Source of the DNA: Vicugna vicugna
Lineage: Eukaryota
Direction: 5' to 3'
Length of the DNA stretch: 64,000 bases
NCBI GenBank assembly: GCA_013265495.1
Contig: MU058198.1
Coordinates: forward strand, 6,401,779 to 6,465,778
Part shown: positions 12,801 through 26,300 of the stretch, in pieces
Layout of the letters: every line of letters starts with the position of its first letter
How positions within the stretch are numbered: position 1 is the stretch's first letter
Notes under the pieces: generated by a model
Told to the model about the DNA's origin: nothing
What the model saw: the letters and a program-made list of their open reading frames with translations, nothing else
The model's database searches: none
Program-made: the position numbers and the translations under genes

Positions 12801-15800
12801 CCTCCCCCTTGTGCCTCATTTCTTGTTTGGTTTCATCTTACACCTTCTATAATAAAACTCTACCCATCCACCCCAACAGGATCTGTCTTTAAAGGAAGAG
12901 GCTAACACCCCTAGTCAAATACCTCAGCCATCTTGGCAGGCACCAAAGGCTGCCCTCCTCCCCTCAACCCAACGCCAACCACTTGCCCACCCTCTCCTTG
13001 GCATCCCAGGTCTTATAAACCACAAATCCTTGAAGGCTCCTTCCCAACTGGCTGCCTCTACCTTGGGGTTAAGTGAGAGCAAATTTTTAAGCTGCTTTGC
13101 TGTTTCTGGGCTGTGGAAGTTACTAGTTCAAGGGCAGAAAGAAATACCCCTTTGCCCCCTAAAACACAAAGAGCCCTGCTCTGACAGAAAGTGACAGTGG
13201 AGGAGTAGGGAGGGCCAGTGACGTGCACACCCACTGGTGTGCAGGACACTCCCTAGAAGCTGGTGACCCCTTGCCATTCTGTCCTTGGCCTCCTCAACTG
13301 CGTGTAAGGGGATCATGTAATCCCTGCTGCAGTGAAGAGTGCCCAATGGTTTTATTTTTTAAAGTTGGTTTATCGAAGTGTGACAGAGTAATATTCACCC
13401 TGTTGAGGCTCACCACTGTGTGATTCTGACCACAGAGTCACCTACCCACCATGACAATTAAGACATAGAACGTCCCCCTCTCCCCAAAAGTTCCCTCAAG
13501 CCCCCTTGTCGTCAGTACTCTCCCCCTGCCCCAGGCAACCACTGCTCATTCTCTGTTCCTCTAGATGTGCCTTTTCTAGAACATGCGTCATATAACGGAA
13601 TGGAATCCCGTAGCAAGCAGCCCTCCTGGTCTGGCTTCCTTCACCTAGCACAGCACACACGGAAGTCATCTATGCTGTGTGTGCGTGGGAACGTGTTCCT
13701 TTTGACTGCTAGGTAGCACCTGCCACAGTCCATCTACTCACCAGCTGATGGATGTTTGGATTGCTTCCAGCTTTTAGCAATTTTTATGAAAGAAGCCGCT
13801 ATAAACATCCGTGTACAGGTTGTGGGAATATATGTTTTCATTCATCTTCAGTAAAATATTTAGAGGTGGGATGCTAGATCACATAGTAACTATACGTTTT
13901 AACTTTATAAATTAACTGCCAAACGTGAAGCTGTTTCCCAGAGTGGCTATTACAGTCCTGAATGGATGATCAGGCATCAGTCTACCAAAAAAGTCTTACA
14001 CAAGGACAGAGTTTAAGAGGGAGGTATGAGGGCGAGAGGGGCAAGCACTGAATACTCCAAACCCAAGCCCGCGACGGGGCTTCGGAGATGAAAGTACAGA
14101 AAAACAACGGCAGAGACCAGGGGTGGAACATCTGCTCTTCCAGAGAGGAATCTCCACACAGGGAGTGCATGCGAGTTGGCGAGGAGCTGAAGGGAGGAGT
14201 GGTAGAATCCCTCTGGCTTCCCCCTGGCTTCCCTGTGAGGAAAAGCTCGCACTAAAAAAACAAACAAACAAACAAACAAAAAAACAGAAAAACCCTCTAC
14301 TCCAACTGAGGCTCAGAATAATAAGGTTACACAACCGAGTGCAGAACAAGGAGAGTGCCTGAAAGTGGTCGCTGACAGGCCAGCCACCCTGCCAGGGGAA
14401 GGCTGCCCCTGTCTTCCACAGCATGTGCTCAGCCCCCAGAGAACTCGCTCTCTAGGGTGTAACAGCCTCACTTGATCTAAAAGGGAGCACTGAACCACAG
14501 GGCAGTGCTTCTCCCAACATGGGGAAAGTCACAGTTCTCTTTTAAAAATGCAGATCAGCTAACATAGTGTTGTAGGTCGAGTATACTTCAATTATTATTA
14601 AAAAATGCAGCTGACTGGCCCCTCCCCAGGAGTCCATTCAGTCAGCGTGCAGCTAAGCAGGGCCCCAGGGGATCCCGAGGCAGGCAGTCTCCTTACACGT
14701 GGGAACACTGCTGCAAGGCCAAGGGAACTGACATCTACCCAGCATTCCCTGTGCCGGGAATGTTGTGTGTGCCCTCATTTAACTCTTCAAACCAGGAAAT
14801 AGGCAGTGTTATCCCTACCAGACAGATGGAGAGACCTAAGGCGCCAAGAAGTTAACTAACTTCATTCACAGGTACTAAGAGGCAGAGATGAGCTTCAGAC
14901 CCAAAACCACAAGGCTTCAAAAACAGAACTTGTTGCAGTGACCACGTTTGAGGAAGTGGGACTGTATGCTAGAGAGCAAACCAAGAGACAGTCAGCCAGC
15001 GGACCCAGGTGGTGTCCAAGAGGGCCTGTCTGATCTTGGATCAAATGGCAGCCTCACCAGCTCTTCCACGTTACCTGCATGATGGCACTGAACTGGGGCT
15101 CATTCTCCATCTGCTCCTCAGCAATCCCCCTCTGGACACTGGCCAGGACAGTGGACTTGAAGAAATACCTCCAGTTGTGATGGAGCGTCCGAAAAAGGAG
15201 CTCAAACAGCTCAGCCTTCACATCAGGGGAGGGGCGCTGTGGAGACACACACAGACCCTCAAACCTTCCCTTCCTACGTGAGGGAGTCACTCATAGCCTG
15301 GGCCCAGGTAACAAAGGGGTCTGAGAGAGGCCTGGTAACAGTAAGCAGCGTGTCAGCTCCCCACCCCCGCTCTCATCCTCCTGAGCCCCTGTGGGCCAGC
15401 AGTTCTAACAAAGAGTACCCCGGCAGAGAAAGGGCCACGGCTGACACAGGACGCCTGGGTGGGTGCCAAGGGGCCCTGTTTCTGATGGAGGCACTCAGCT
15501 TTTTAAGCTAGGAAAAAAGGCTATTAAATGGAAGAACAATTAGGAATATGGATTTCCTGTTTAAAAAGCAGCTGGTTTGATCTGTCACATCCTGGTTGTG
15601 CTGTTCCTTTTCCAGGACTAAAAAATGCTGTCCCAGCTCACCTGTTGGTCTTATGCCAACATAAGGATAAGGATAAAGACAAATAAGACTTCAAAGTGGC
15701 TCTGCTCGCTACAGAAAAGGAGACTAAAGAGCACTAAGAAACCACTGAAAGCAGCATTAGAGGACCTCCAGGTAGAGGCAGCTCTCTGAGCCTATCTCCT

Positions 15801-18800
15801 CTTTCACTGGCAGGAGGACGAGAGGAGAGGGAGGCAGGCTAGGCAGTATTTTCTAGTTTATCCAAAAACCTCCAAGTCACTCAAGAGCATGGCAGGTCAC
15901 ATTACTCAAGCTGTCTCAGCAGAATTCAAAATTATAAGGCCCAGATCTTTTTAACTCAGCCTTGATTAAAATTAAGTTAAGACCAGAGGGCACCAGCTTC
16001 CATGGCAGGAATCCTCAGAGGGCGTAGGTGTGTTTAATGAGGCAAAGCAACCGGACTTACCTAAGCCTAAATTTGAGCAGTAAGAAAGGCTGGCACTTAT
16101 TTACCTATTATAGAAAGCTTAAACTAAATATACATTTATACTTATTTTGGATTTTGTCATGCTGAGTGTCTGTTTTCAAAGAAGGACAAAGAGCTTTCTA
16201 ACAATGAAAGCTCTGAATGGTTCCAAGAACTTGTTTTGTATCCTTCAGATCATGAAAGTTCTTAATAGGAAAGTATTATAAAATATTGTTGTTATTATAA
16301 ACATTTGTTATTAAAACAGTGTTTGCTGGAGAAAACCACATATTCACCTTAAGTTATAAATTGTTTGCCATGGGAGACTGATTTTCCTTACCAACCAAAC
16401 TTGTGACATCAAACTGCTATGCTTACACTAGACTAGTTTCTAAGTAACTCAACACATATTAAAAAAAACGAAAACAAAAAAACTGTACCAAGCTAATGGC
16501 ATTTGTTCTTGCAAGAAAAATTACTTTACAAGAAAAATAAAATAACAAATTAGCTTTAAAACACATTTTCCTCAACATTTCATTCCTTCCTCAGTCGTAG
16601 CACAGGGAACCACCCCAGCCCCTCATACCTCTGCAATGATGGGATACACCTGCTCCATGCACAGGGAGATGATGCTGGGGAGAAATGGCTTGAACACCTG
16701 GCCAGGTTCCTGGACCACCACCTGCAGGATCTTCAGGAACTTCTCAACCACCCGGCAGCCGGTACTGCCTTCGTGGAGGATGCTCTCGGCCAACTGTTCT
16801 CTGCAGACAAGAGAAAGCACAAAGAAATGTTTCTCTGGGGACCAGCAATGAAAACCAATGCTTATGACACATGAAGAAAAGGAGCAAAAAGTCCCATGCT
16901 TTGTAGCCAGGTCCCACCAAGTCTCTAAGTGGTGTCCAAAAACCAAGGACAGCAGGTCTGCAGTTACCTGGTAAACATATTGAGGAAAGTCTGTATGATC
17001 TGTTCAGTGAAAGGCACGCCCATCTGTACTCTAAGGCCTCGAAATAGAGTGAGGAAGAAGCTCAGCATCTCATCAGTCACATCTAAATACAGGGACAAAG
17101 CAAACGATCAGAGGCACACACTCAGGGATAAACAGAAGCCCTGGGCTTGATGGACTTCCTTCTGCAATCTGCACTATCCTCTCTAAGGCTTCCTGCTGGA
17201 AGACACATCCCCAACACCATCAGAGCCAATGATGGAAAGTAGAAAATTAAGAACGTGCTAAGAAAACAGCTCTGATACAGTGAACTCTGCCTGATAGCTC
17301 ACGATAGGAAATGAAGGTCATCTTGAAGCCATCTTCACTGCCCAGCATCCAGACACATGCAGAATTCTCACTGCAGATGGGTCATTTTGTGCTCACTGAT
17401 GCAACAACTGAATTGGGTCAGCACCTGAGGGCTTCAATAATCCCTGCAGTTGGGTCAGGGGTTAAGTGGCTGAAAGTGGATAATGAGGGGGTACTCAGAC
17501 TGCATGGCTCTGGGCCATTAAATGGATTAACTGCAGAAAATATTGGTTACATTTAATGTGGTTCCACTTCCAGACCTAAACGATCATCTTGTACAGTATG
17601 TCCTGGCCTGAGCAGCACACTCTGATTGTTCACAAGAGGCAATCAGTGAGTATTTGTTAATGGGGAAGCTCCCGATATTTCTCTCATAAGACTGACAGGA
17701 CCACTGTAAATGCTCTCATGAGAGCCAGGCGACACAAGCACAGGGACCTAGCAAGAGCCTCTCTCAGTGACAGTGACAGAGTGTGGCAAGGGGAAGCATC
17801 TCAGCAACCCCACCTTGCCATAAAATAAGTAGAACTCATCAGAAAAAGTTCTTTGTCCGCTCCTACATAATGCCCCTATTTCTGTCATCCATTTATGTTC
17901 CCAAGTGACCCAGTGTCACAGGATGTCACAGCCCTCTGCCTTCACCAGCAAGGCCTGCTCTGCCGACAAACTCGGCATGCTCTACAGAGTTAAGCAGTTA
18001 CTCTGGTCCTTGTCAGCACCACCCAGGAGTGAGGCCTGCGACCAGCTCCTACCTGACTGATGGATAAAAGCTGGAAAGAGGGCCAGGGAGACCTGAACGG
18101 ATTCCTGCAGGGACTGGTAGCAGATCTGTCGGGACTTGGTGGATTCCCCAGAGATATTCTCCACGATATCTTCTAAGACACTAAGTGTCTGGTGGATAAT
18201 CACTTTGGCTGCAAACCAAGATTAAGTTGCATGTTATGACTTGTCTGAGGATAAAGCAGAGTTAAGAGGGAACACAGGGAAGGGGAGAAATCTGCAAAGG
18301 TATTCAGAGGACAATCACACAGAAATCGGGAAGGAACTCAGTCTCTCTCTTTTTTTTTTCAGTCTCTCTTGACTGAGTTATCAAAGGCTCTCTCTGTATC
18401 CCTCTTTCTATATCCATTTCTTTCTTTTTTGTTCCCCCTTTCCTACCAGGATGCCAGTTGCCTGTGAGCCAGCCTGCTCAGTTTTTGCCTGTATTCTGCC
18501 TCTATCCACCTGCAACAAATGCACAGAGAAGATGAAATGTCCCTCATTTTAGGTGTCTCGGACTTAAGACTGTAAGACGGTGAGTAGACTAGTGAGAGTA
18601 AGTGTCACATGGTAATTACCACAGGCAAGAATGGGCACATGTGGATCAAACACCCTCCTTCAATTCCAGACAAGGCTCTGGCCATCCACACCACACCCGC
18701 TGTGCACATCTACCACTGCTGTAAGGAATAAACTACCTGATTAATCCTTGGCCTACTGGGCCTATGGGCTTTGTTATTATTATGCATTATATTATACGAC

Positions 18801-20309
18801 ACTGGCAATAAATACATCTAACTATACCCCATGTAAGAGCTCGTGGATGACTCCAGACAGCACAAGGGAAAACAGAGGCAGGAGCTAGCAAACAAGCAGG
18901 ACCTCACAGGACACGGCGAGAGCCCGGACCAGAGGAGCCTGCGCATGACCTGCACATGGTCAACACAGCTATACACCAGGGGCACGTTTCTCGTCAGTAC
19001 ACCAGGGCTGGTCAACAGCCCCCACCTCTGCAGGGTTGCCATGAGGATTAGAGACAGGGTTCAGAATGATTCCAGCGAAGCACCTGGCATATAAGAAGTC
19101 CAGCACAGGAAGGCTGTCAACATTCCTTGGTTCTGGTGGGAACGGGTTCCTCTTCCCACCAGCTGCCTCAAGAAGCCCCCTGGGGCTCCGCCTGAGCCTG
19201 GCAGACTCAACCCTGGCAGAGCTCCAGCAGTGGAGCCAGGCTGGGCTGAGAGCCAGCCTCCACCTGGCAGCTCTCTGGGTGGCTCTGGCTCCCAGGGCTC
19301 ACTAGCCTCTGTGTAGGCAGCAGCAGCTCCCAAGGAAGGAGACAGCAGACAGGTTACATGCTTTGGAGGGAGGTGGAATCAGGTTTGACTCCTGACACTG
19401 CTTATTCTAAGTCTCAGTTTCCTCATCACGCACTCAGAGGACCGGGCATGAAGAAAACATGGCACAACAAGCCTGGCCACTGAAGGTGGGTCATGGGGAT
19501 GCTGGAAAGTGAAGGAAAGGCAGCTGTACTCCTGAAGGAGCCGCGCTCTCAACACTACCAGCACAGGGACAGTCACTGAACCAGGAAACTGCACTGGGCA
19601 GACCCTTCCCCAAGAACACACGAGGCACAGGGAAAACAGCTCAGGGGGAAAAGAAAACAGAGTCAAGAGACCCAAGTCTGACCTATGATGTATAAGGAAA
19701 TTCAAACAAAAACTGGGGGTGGAGGGTATAGCTCAGTGGTAGAGCATGTGCTTGGCATGCACGAGGTCCTGGGTTCAATCCCTAGTACTTCCATTAAAAA
19801 ATAAAAAAAAAAAAACAGACCAAAAAAAAACAAACAAAACTTTAAACAAGAGCCAAGATTTACTCAGAAAAATGGAAAACTAAAAGCACTAATATGTAAA
19901 ACTGAAAAACTAATATGTAGTAATAAGAGAATGGGTATGTAAATTGTGGTACTTCCACAGGATAGGATGTCATAAAGCCATTAAAAACAATGCTTTCAAG
20001 AAGAAAGGGCAATGTGGTGAAGAGCAGGGGATCTGAAACTTTTCAGAACCATTCCTGACACTACTACTTCCTCTATGATCCAGAGCAATTTACACCTGCT
20101 GAGCCTGGGCCAGGGTAGGGGTGGGGGGGCAGCAACCTTTATGATGGAGAGATTGGCAGCCGCTGCCTAAAGCTGGTGATCCCACAAACATCACCAATAA
20201 CTCCTAGAGACGATCAGACAGAACAAGATTATGGGACATTTTATAAGAAAATAGGCCTAGACTCTAAAAATGTCAATGTCATTTAAAAAAAAAAGTCAAT
20301 GTCATTAAA

Positions 20310-20348
<39 letters not shown>

Positions 20349-23300
20349 AATTTTTTTTATATTAAAAGAGATTAAAGAGATGTGACAACCAAATATAACT
20401 CATGATCCTTGAAAGTATCTTGGATTTTTAAAAAGCAAAAGGCACATTTTGATAACAACTGGGGAAAATTTAAACACGGTCTACTTGTTAAATGACATTA
20501 CTATAACAATGTCCCATGGCTTGGTTGGTTGCATTAATGGTGTTCTGGTTATATAAGAGAGTATTTTGTTCTCAAAGATAAAGGTTAATTAAATATTCAG
20601 GGATTAAAGTGCTGATGTCAGCAACTTCCTTTAAATGGCTCAGTTAAAAAGAAAAAGCGTGTGTGAGGTCGAGAAGAACACAAGTGCGGCGAAATATTAA
20701 CAACTGGTGAATCCTGGTGAAAGATAAACAGCTGCTCATTTTCTTAATCTTTCAACTATTCTGTAGGTTTGGACATTTTTGCAAAGTATAAAGTTGAGAC
20801 AGGAAAAACTTTCCAGGCCTCCATTTCATTACTTGTAGAATAAGGATAATAAGACACACCTCACAGGGCTATAGGGAAGACTAAATTAAATAATGTATAT
20901 AAAGTTCTCAGCCCAGCGCCTGGCACACAGTAAACACTCAACAAGTGTTAACCATGTTTTTCATTATGCTCACTGTGGAAACTATTAATGCTATGCAGCA
21001 AGTATTTCCAGCATATGGTGGCATCACAATTCCTACCTGCTCTGCAGTCAAGCCATGGCCATATAACCATTCACTTTGGCCAATGAAATGTGAGTGGAAC
21101 TGACAAGCGTCACTTCTAGGCAAGAACTTCTAAGAACCACTCCACAGTTCACCACATTGCTTGCCCAGTGTAAGTGCATATTGCAATGGAGCCTTGAGTG
21201 ACTAGAGTAAGCAGGACCTCCCCAAGCCCCGGACCCACACTGGATATGTAGTATGAGCAAGAAATAAATGTTTTTCTTGCATTTAGCCACTAAGCCTTGG
21301 GGACTGTTTGCTACTACCATAGCATAACCTAGCCTATGCTGCCTGATGTAAGTACATGTAAGATAAAGTGAGAAAACACCATTAAACTTTATAAAACATG
21401 ATTCCACGATAGCTATATGTAACCCCTGAGCAGGTTACTTGATCTTCCCATACCTCAGTTTCCTCAGGGATAAAATGAGGATATTTAACAGTACCTATCT
21501 CATAAAGCTGATGTTAGAATTAGATGAATTACTGAATGCAGAACACTTAGAACAAGGATCAAATACTAGACTCTGAAGGCTGATGCTGGCATAGCCAGAG
21601 ATTTGACGAGGATGCTAAGATCACCAAGGCAAGAGCCTAGCACACAGGATGTCCTCATTAAGACAGCCATTCTTATGCAACTATATGACTATAAAATATA
21701 TTTACAAATAGAAAAAGGAAGACAGTGGGGAACCGAACCTCAGCTAAGAGAGGAGTCAGGACAGGCCTGCAGGGGGAGCTCCCATTCCCCACCATGTATT
21801 GTCAATTACTACAAACAGGAAGGTGTTGCCTACTTTATCCAGGAGGAGGAAGAAAACTACTCTTCCACCGGAAGACAGCCCAGCCAATCAGAGACTGTAG
21901 GAGCCCAAACAATGAGAAGCCTTCATACTTTGAACTCCCAGGTTTCTCCAAAGAACTCTTTGGTTATTACAGCTCCTCCCAACTCTCCCCCTTTACCCTA
22001 TAAAAGCAAATTCCTCTTTCTTATTCTCTGGATTTGCCTATCCTCTGCCATGGGTCTCATATCCCAAAGTGCAATTCCTCTGGCTATTCCCGAATAAACT
22101 AGCTTTTGCTGGTAAAATAATTGTCTATTATATTATTAAGGTGGACAACAAGATAGTTAAAATAATGGGTTACTTTCTAAAATACTAAAAATGTTGAGAT
22201 TTGTTTCATTTTCCTTCTGTATACTATTCTCATATTTTTGTACAATGAGCATATGTTAATATTCCTGATCATAAAAGTAATGTTTTTTAAAAAATGTTGA
22301 GTATTTATTACTATTTCTAACATTTTACAACACATTTTTGTTGAATTCTATAAATGACATCATCTGATAATGTTCTATTATTTTCTTTTTGTGAAAATAG
22401 ACTTGTATTTTCAAAATATTTCTGTAATATTTGCTATTTTAGGAAGATTTTTCAGAAAAATCTGATGCCTTCTACTTGAACTATTGTGCTCTCTTGATTC
22501 TTTTTTTCCTCCTTTAATATAATCAAATTTGAAGTGTCATTTGTGAAGATACTAAGCTCTTTCAAAGCCTCTAAAATATCTGTATTTGGAGAAAGGTTAA
22601 AAACAGTTTTAAAAGATAGTTCTTAAATTCCTGTTTCCCAGTGTGTAGAAGTGAACTGCTTTGACTGCTTATACACGTATCTGAAATGGATCGATAATCA
22701 CTGTAGGATTTTTATCCATGGAAGGCACCATCAGTAGTGCCTTCAAATGGGTATTTTTCTTATTTTTGACATTTTAAGTAAGAGAAGGGACCTCCTGCAT
22801 TCAGGAAATAGGCCCAGCTGATGTGTTCACTGAATTCCACGAATGAGCAGGGTTCTACCCCCGAGTCTGACTCTTCTGCTTAGCAGCTGTGTGACTGTGG
22901 ACAGATGATTCACCCATGAGCCCCAGAGGCAAGCCCCATCTGCCACGAAAGAACAATGCCTGCCCTACTTATCCCCTGAGGCTGCCCCTGCTGAGGGGTC
23001 ACTTACTGTCATCCAGTGGCATCTTCCTCTGTGGGGCGACAGCATTGGGTTTCAGGTTGCGATAATCTCGGGAGAGTGCAGAGATGAGGCTGGCATGGTT
23101 GATGGAGCGCACGGGCCACTGCTGCTCATTCTCTGGGAGGTTTGGCCATGGAAGCAGCAAGATGTTAGAGAGGGCACGGCACACCAACACCTGGGCCTGG
23201 AAGAGACCCCAAGGCATCCATCAGAAGTTTAAGAGCAATGTGGACACAGAGCAGCTATGCCTGACACTACCTTGGACACCTACCACACACACTGAGCTCA

Positions 23301-26300
23301 GGCTCCTTCCTTACAATCCAGGCCTGGGACTTTGGTCCAATTCAGGCATCCAAGGGAAAAGAGAAACTGAGGCAATAATACTAAGTGGGTCCATCACATC
23401 CCAGGGCCAGCCTCAATAATCATTCTTACTGCTGTCGCTTCCCCTCTAATCTGGTGCTGGAAGCATTACAGAGGGAGCAATCACAGAGACTGGATCTAAC
23501 TTGTCCCTCAGCTGCTGGCTTCTGACACCCTCCAAGAAGCTACTCAGAACAGGGCTGTTAAGAAAATCTATCAGCGCCAGGTTAGAAGCAATACATTCAT
23601 GTCCCAGGTGCTCAAGAGTAACCACTTTAACTCCCTTCTGACCCCACCCGTTTTATTGTTTTTAAACCTCCAGCCTAAGCTTCCTGGAGGATTTTAGCAG
23701 AGTATATTTGTCTGGAGTGTCTCAACCTTAAGAAAATAAACATATAACAACAAAAGCAGACTGTTTTAAACCAAAAAGAATGCAGAGAGGATGCTCATAA
23801 TACCAAACTCCCAGTTCTCAAAGCAGCACCACCTCGGTGCCTACTGGGAGGAAATTTTTATGTCTGAATCAGCACACTGACTGTGCTGGGGAGTGACAAC
23901 AAGAGAGCACTGAGGCTGCATCAGTGCCACATATGTACTATATCCATCTATGCTGGCACAGCCTGTAAGCTCTGAGTGCAAAAAAAAAAAAAAAAAAAAA
24001 GCCAGACTCTTCTTCCTCAGCTTCCCTGAGTCTGAGCCACATGGCTCTGGGGCCTCACCTTATCGACAAGTCGCTGGGCGGAGGCATCGGTGATTCTGTT
24101 GAATAGTTTCTGTACTGCGGGGATGCTGATCAGAAAGACAGGTCGCACTGTGGTGGCCAGTGAGACTAGTAAGTGGCACGCGGATAACAACAGCTTGTCT
24201 TGGACCTGGAGAGGGAAGAGGGCATGTCAGCTCACACTACATTCCCTGTGACACTAGTATTAAAAGCAGCTAAATGTGGTTCTCAGATGCCAAATTATAC
24301 CACCTAAGCTCTGTCTCAAAGAAGTTTTCCTTGGATGATGCCCAGCAACTAGGCATCCTCTTCTTTGCCACACCCATAACCCCTGCCCTCAAATCAGGAT
24401 TACCATCTCTAGCTCCTCTGGCTCTTAGTCACTCGCATCTTCGAACTCAGTCACTCTTTAGCTCAAGAATCTACAGTGGCTCCCTATCAGCTCTTAAATC
24501 ACATGACAAACTCCTTGGCACATCATTCAAACCATTTGGTATTGTTCCTCTCATTCCTCTTGCTCCAACCAAACCAAACTTGCTCCTCTCTCTCCACCCC
24601 ACCTTTCTATACCCAATCAGGCCCTACACATCCTTCATCTCAACATGCCAATCAAAACCTTGGTTCAAGTACCATTCTATTAGCAAAAGAGAAAACTCTT
24701 TGTAGACAGAAACTAACACTGGCAAGACTAGTAAAAACAGCACACCAAAGAGTCAGTGGCATGTAGAATTATTTAGGAAAAAAAATTACCATAATTTCCT
24801 AGAACCATAAAATATCCCTAACCTTTAACCTTATAATCCCACTTATTCTAAGAAAATTACCTAAAAGGATAAAGCTACAGTCACGAGTACACACATTTCA
24901 GAATTATTTGTAATGACTTTTTATCAAATGGAAGCAACTTAAAAGCCCATCAATGGATAAAGTTTGAAACACCCCCCTCTCAGGATATCATAACTCATTT
25001 ATAAATTACAAACACAACAAAAATTTATGGGAAACAATACACTGTTCTGTTAATAGTGGTACAAAATGCTATGTATGATTAAAACTACAAAAAGAAAAGA
25101 AAAACATCTGTCTATATGCTTTAGTAATATAAACTGGTGGTCTTCTTGGAGGACAACTTAATAAAATCTATCAAATTTTACATGAATATAACCTTTGACC
25201 CAGCAATTACACTTCCAGGAATCCATCCTACAAGGATGTACATACAAGGGTTTAATTTCCATCAATAGAAAAATTATCATACACCCCTACTACAGAATAG
25301 CACTGGACAATTTGAAAAACTAAAGTTGCTCTACATATAGAAAGGTCTCTGAGGTATATTGTTTAGCAAAAGAAGATACATTTCCAGCTATCTACAAATT
25401 TTTACTTATATATGTAAGCACAGAAAAAAGTCTGAAGAACATACAGTGAACTGCAACAGTGTTCATCTTGGAAAGGAAAATGTTTTGAAGGAAGGGATTA
25501 AAGAGTATTATAACTTTTTTAGTCTGTACATTTGAACAACATTTTACTTTTTCACAATGAGCAGTATTCATGTGGGAGAACTGAACTGAAAAAAATTAGA
25601 GTTCACATTTATATATAAAGAGGAACATGAAATGACACACAGTTCTATCACAGCAGTAAGAATTCGACCTAATCCTATATTTGAATTTTATAATAAAGTG
25701 GGTATGTGAACAGAAAGACAGACACAGAGTTATATAAAAGGTGTAGCCTTCGCTGTTTCAAGACCTTGGTGCTGATCAGAGGTGTGACTGCATCCATGGT
25801 GGTGGAGATGAGCGTAACAAACTGCTGCGTGTTCTGCCGGTGAGCCTCGCTGCAGTACTGCGCTAACCAGTGAGAGTAAGCCTGCAGAGCAGCCAGGGAC
25901 TGAGCATGCCTGCGAAAGGAGAGGAGACGCGATTTTAAAGGTTATGGTCAAAATATATTAGTACTAAACTTGTTTCCACAGGAGGTAAGAATTCCATCCA
26001 TCACATTTCCTATTCTAGGTCACATGTGAAAGCATGGAAACCATTTACTTGCTTGAGTAGAACCTAAAAGTTAAAACTCATCATCTAAATATGCCACCAC
26101 TGCCTGGAATACAGAAAGCAGTTGCCTATCAGATCTCATTCAATCTTTCCGTGACAAACAGTGAGTTCACCTGAGAGAATGGTAAATATTTAAAAAAAAA
26201 AAATCAAAGACCTTAAGTGATAATGTATTGACTTGGGAACTAGTAAACATTTTACACCCATAAATACAGGTGAAGATGTAAACTACCAGGAATTACAGCT

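Noticed and set aside
19715..19795. tRNA-like sequences here and at 57934, 59400 and 63563
   Set aside because: Diverged copies with A-rich tails and, in some cases, TSDs: SINEs, not tRNA genes.
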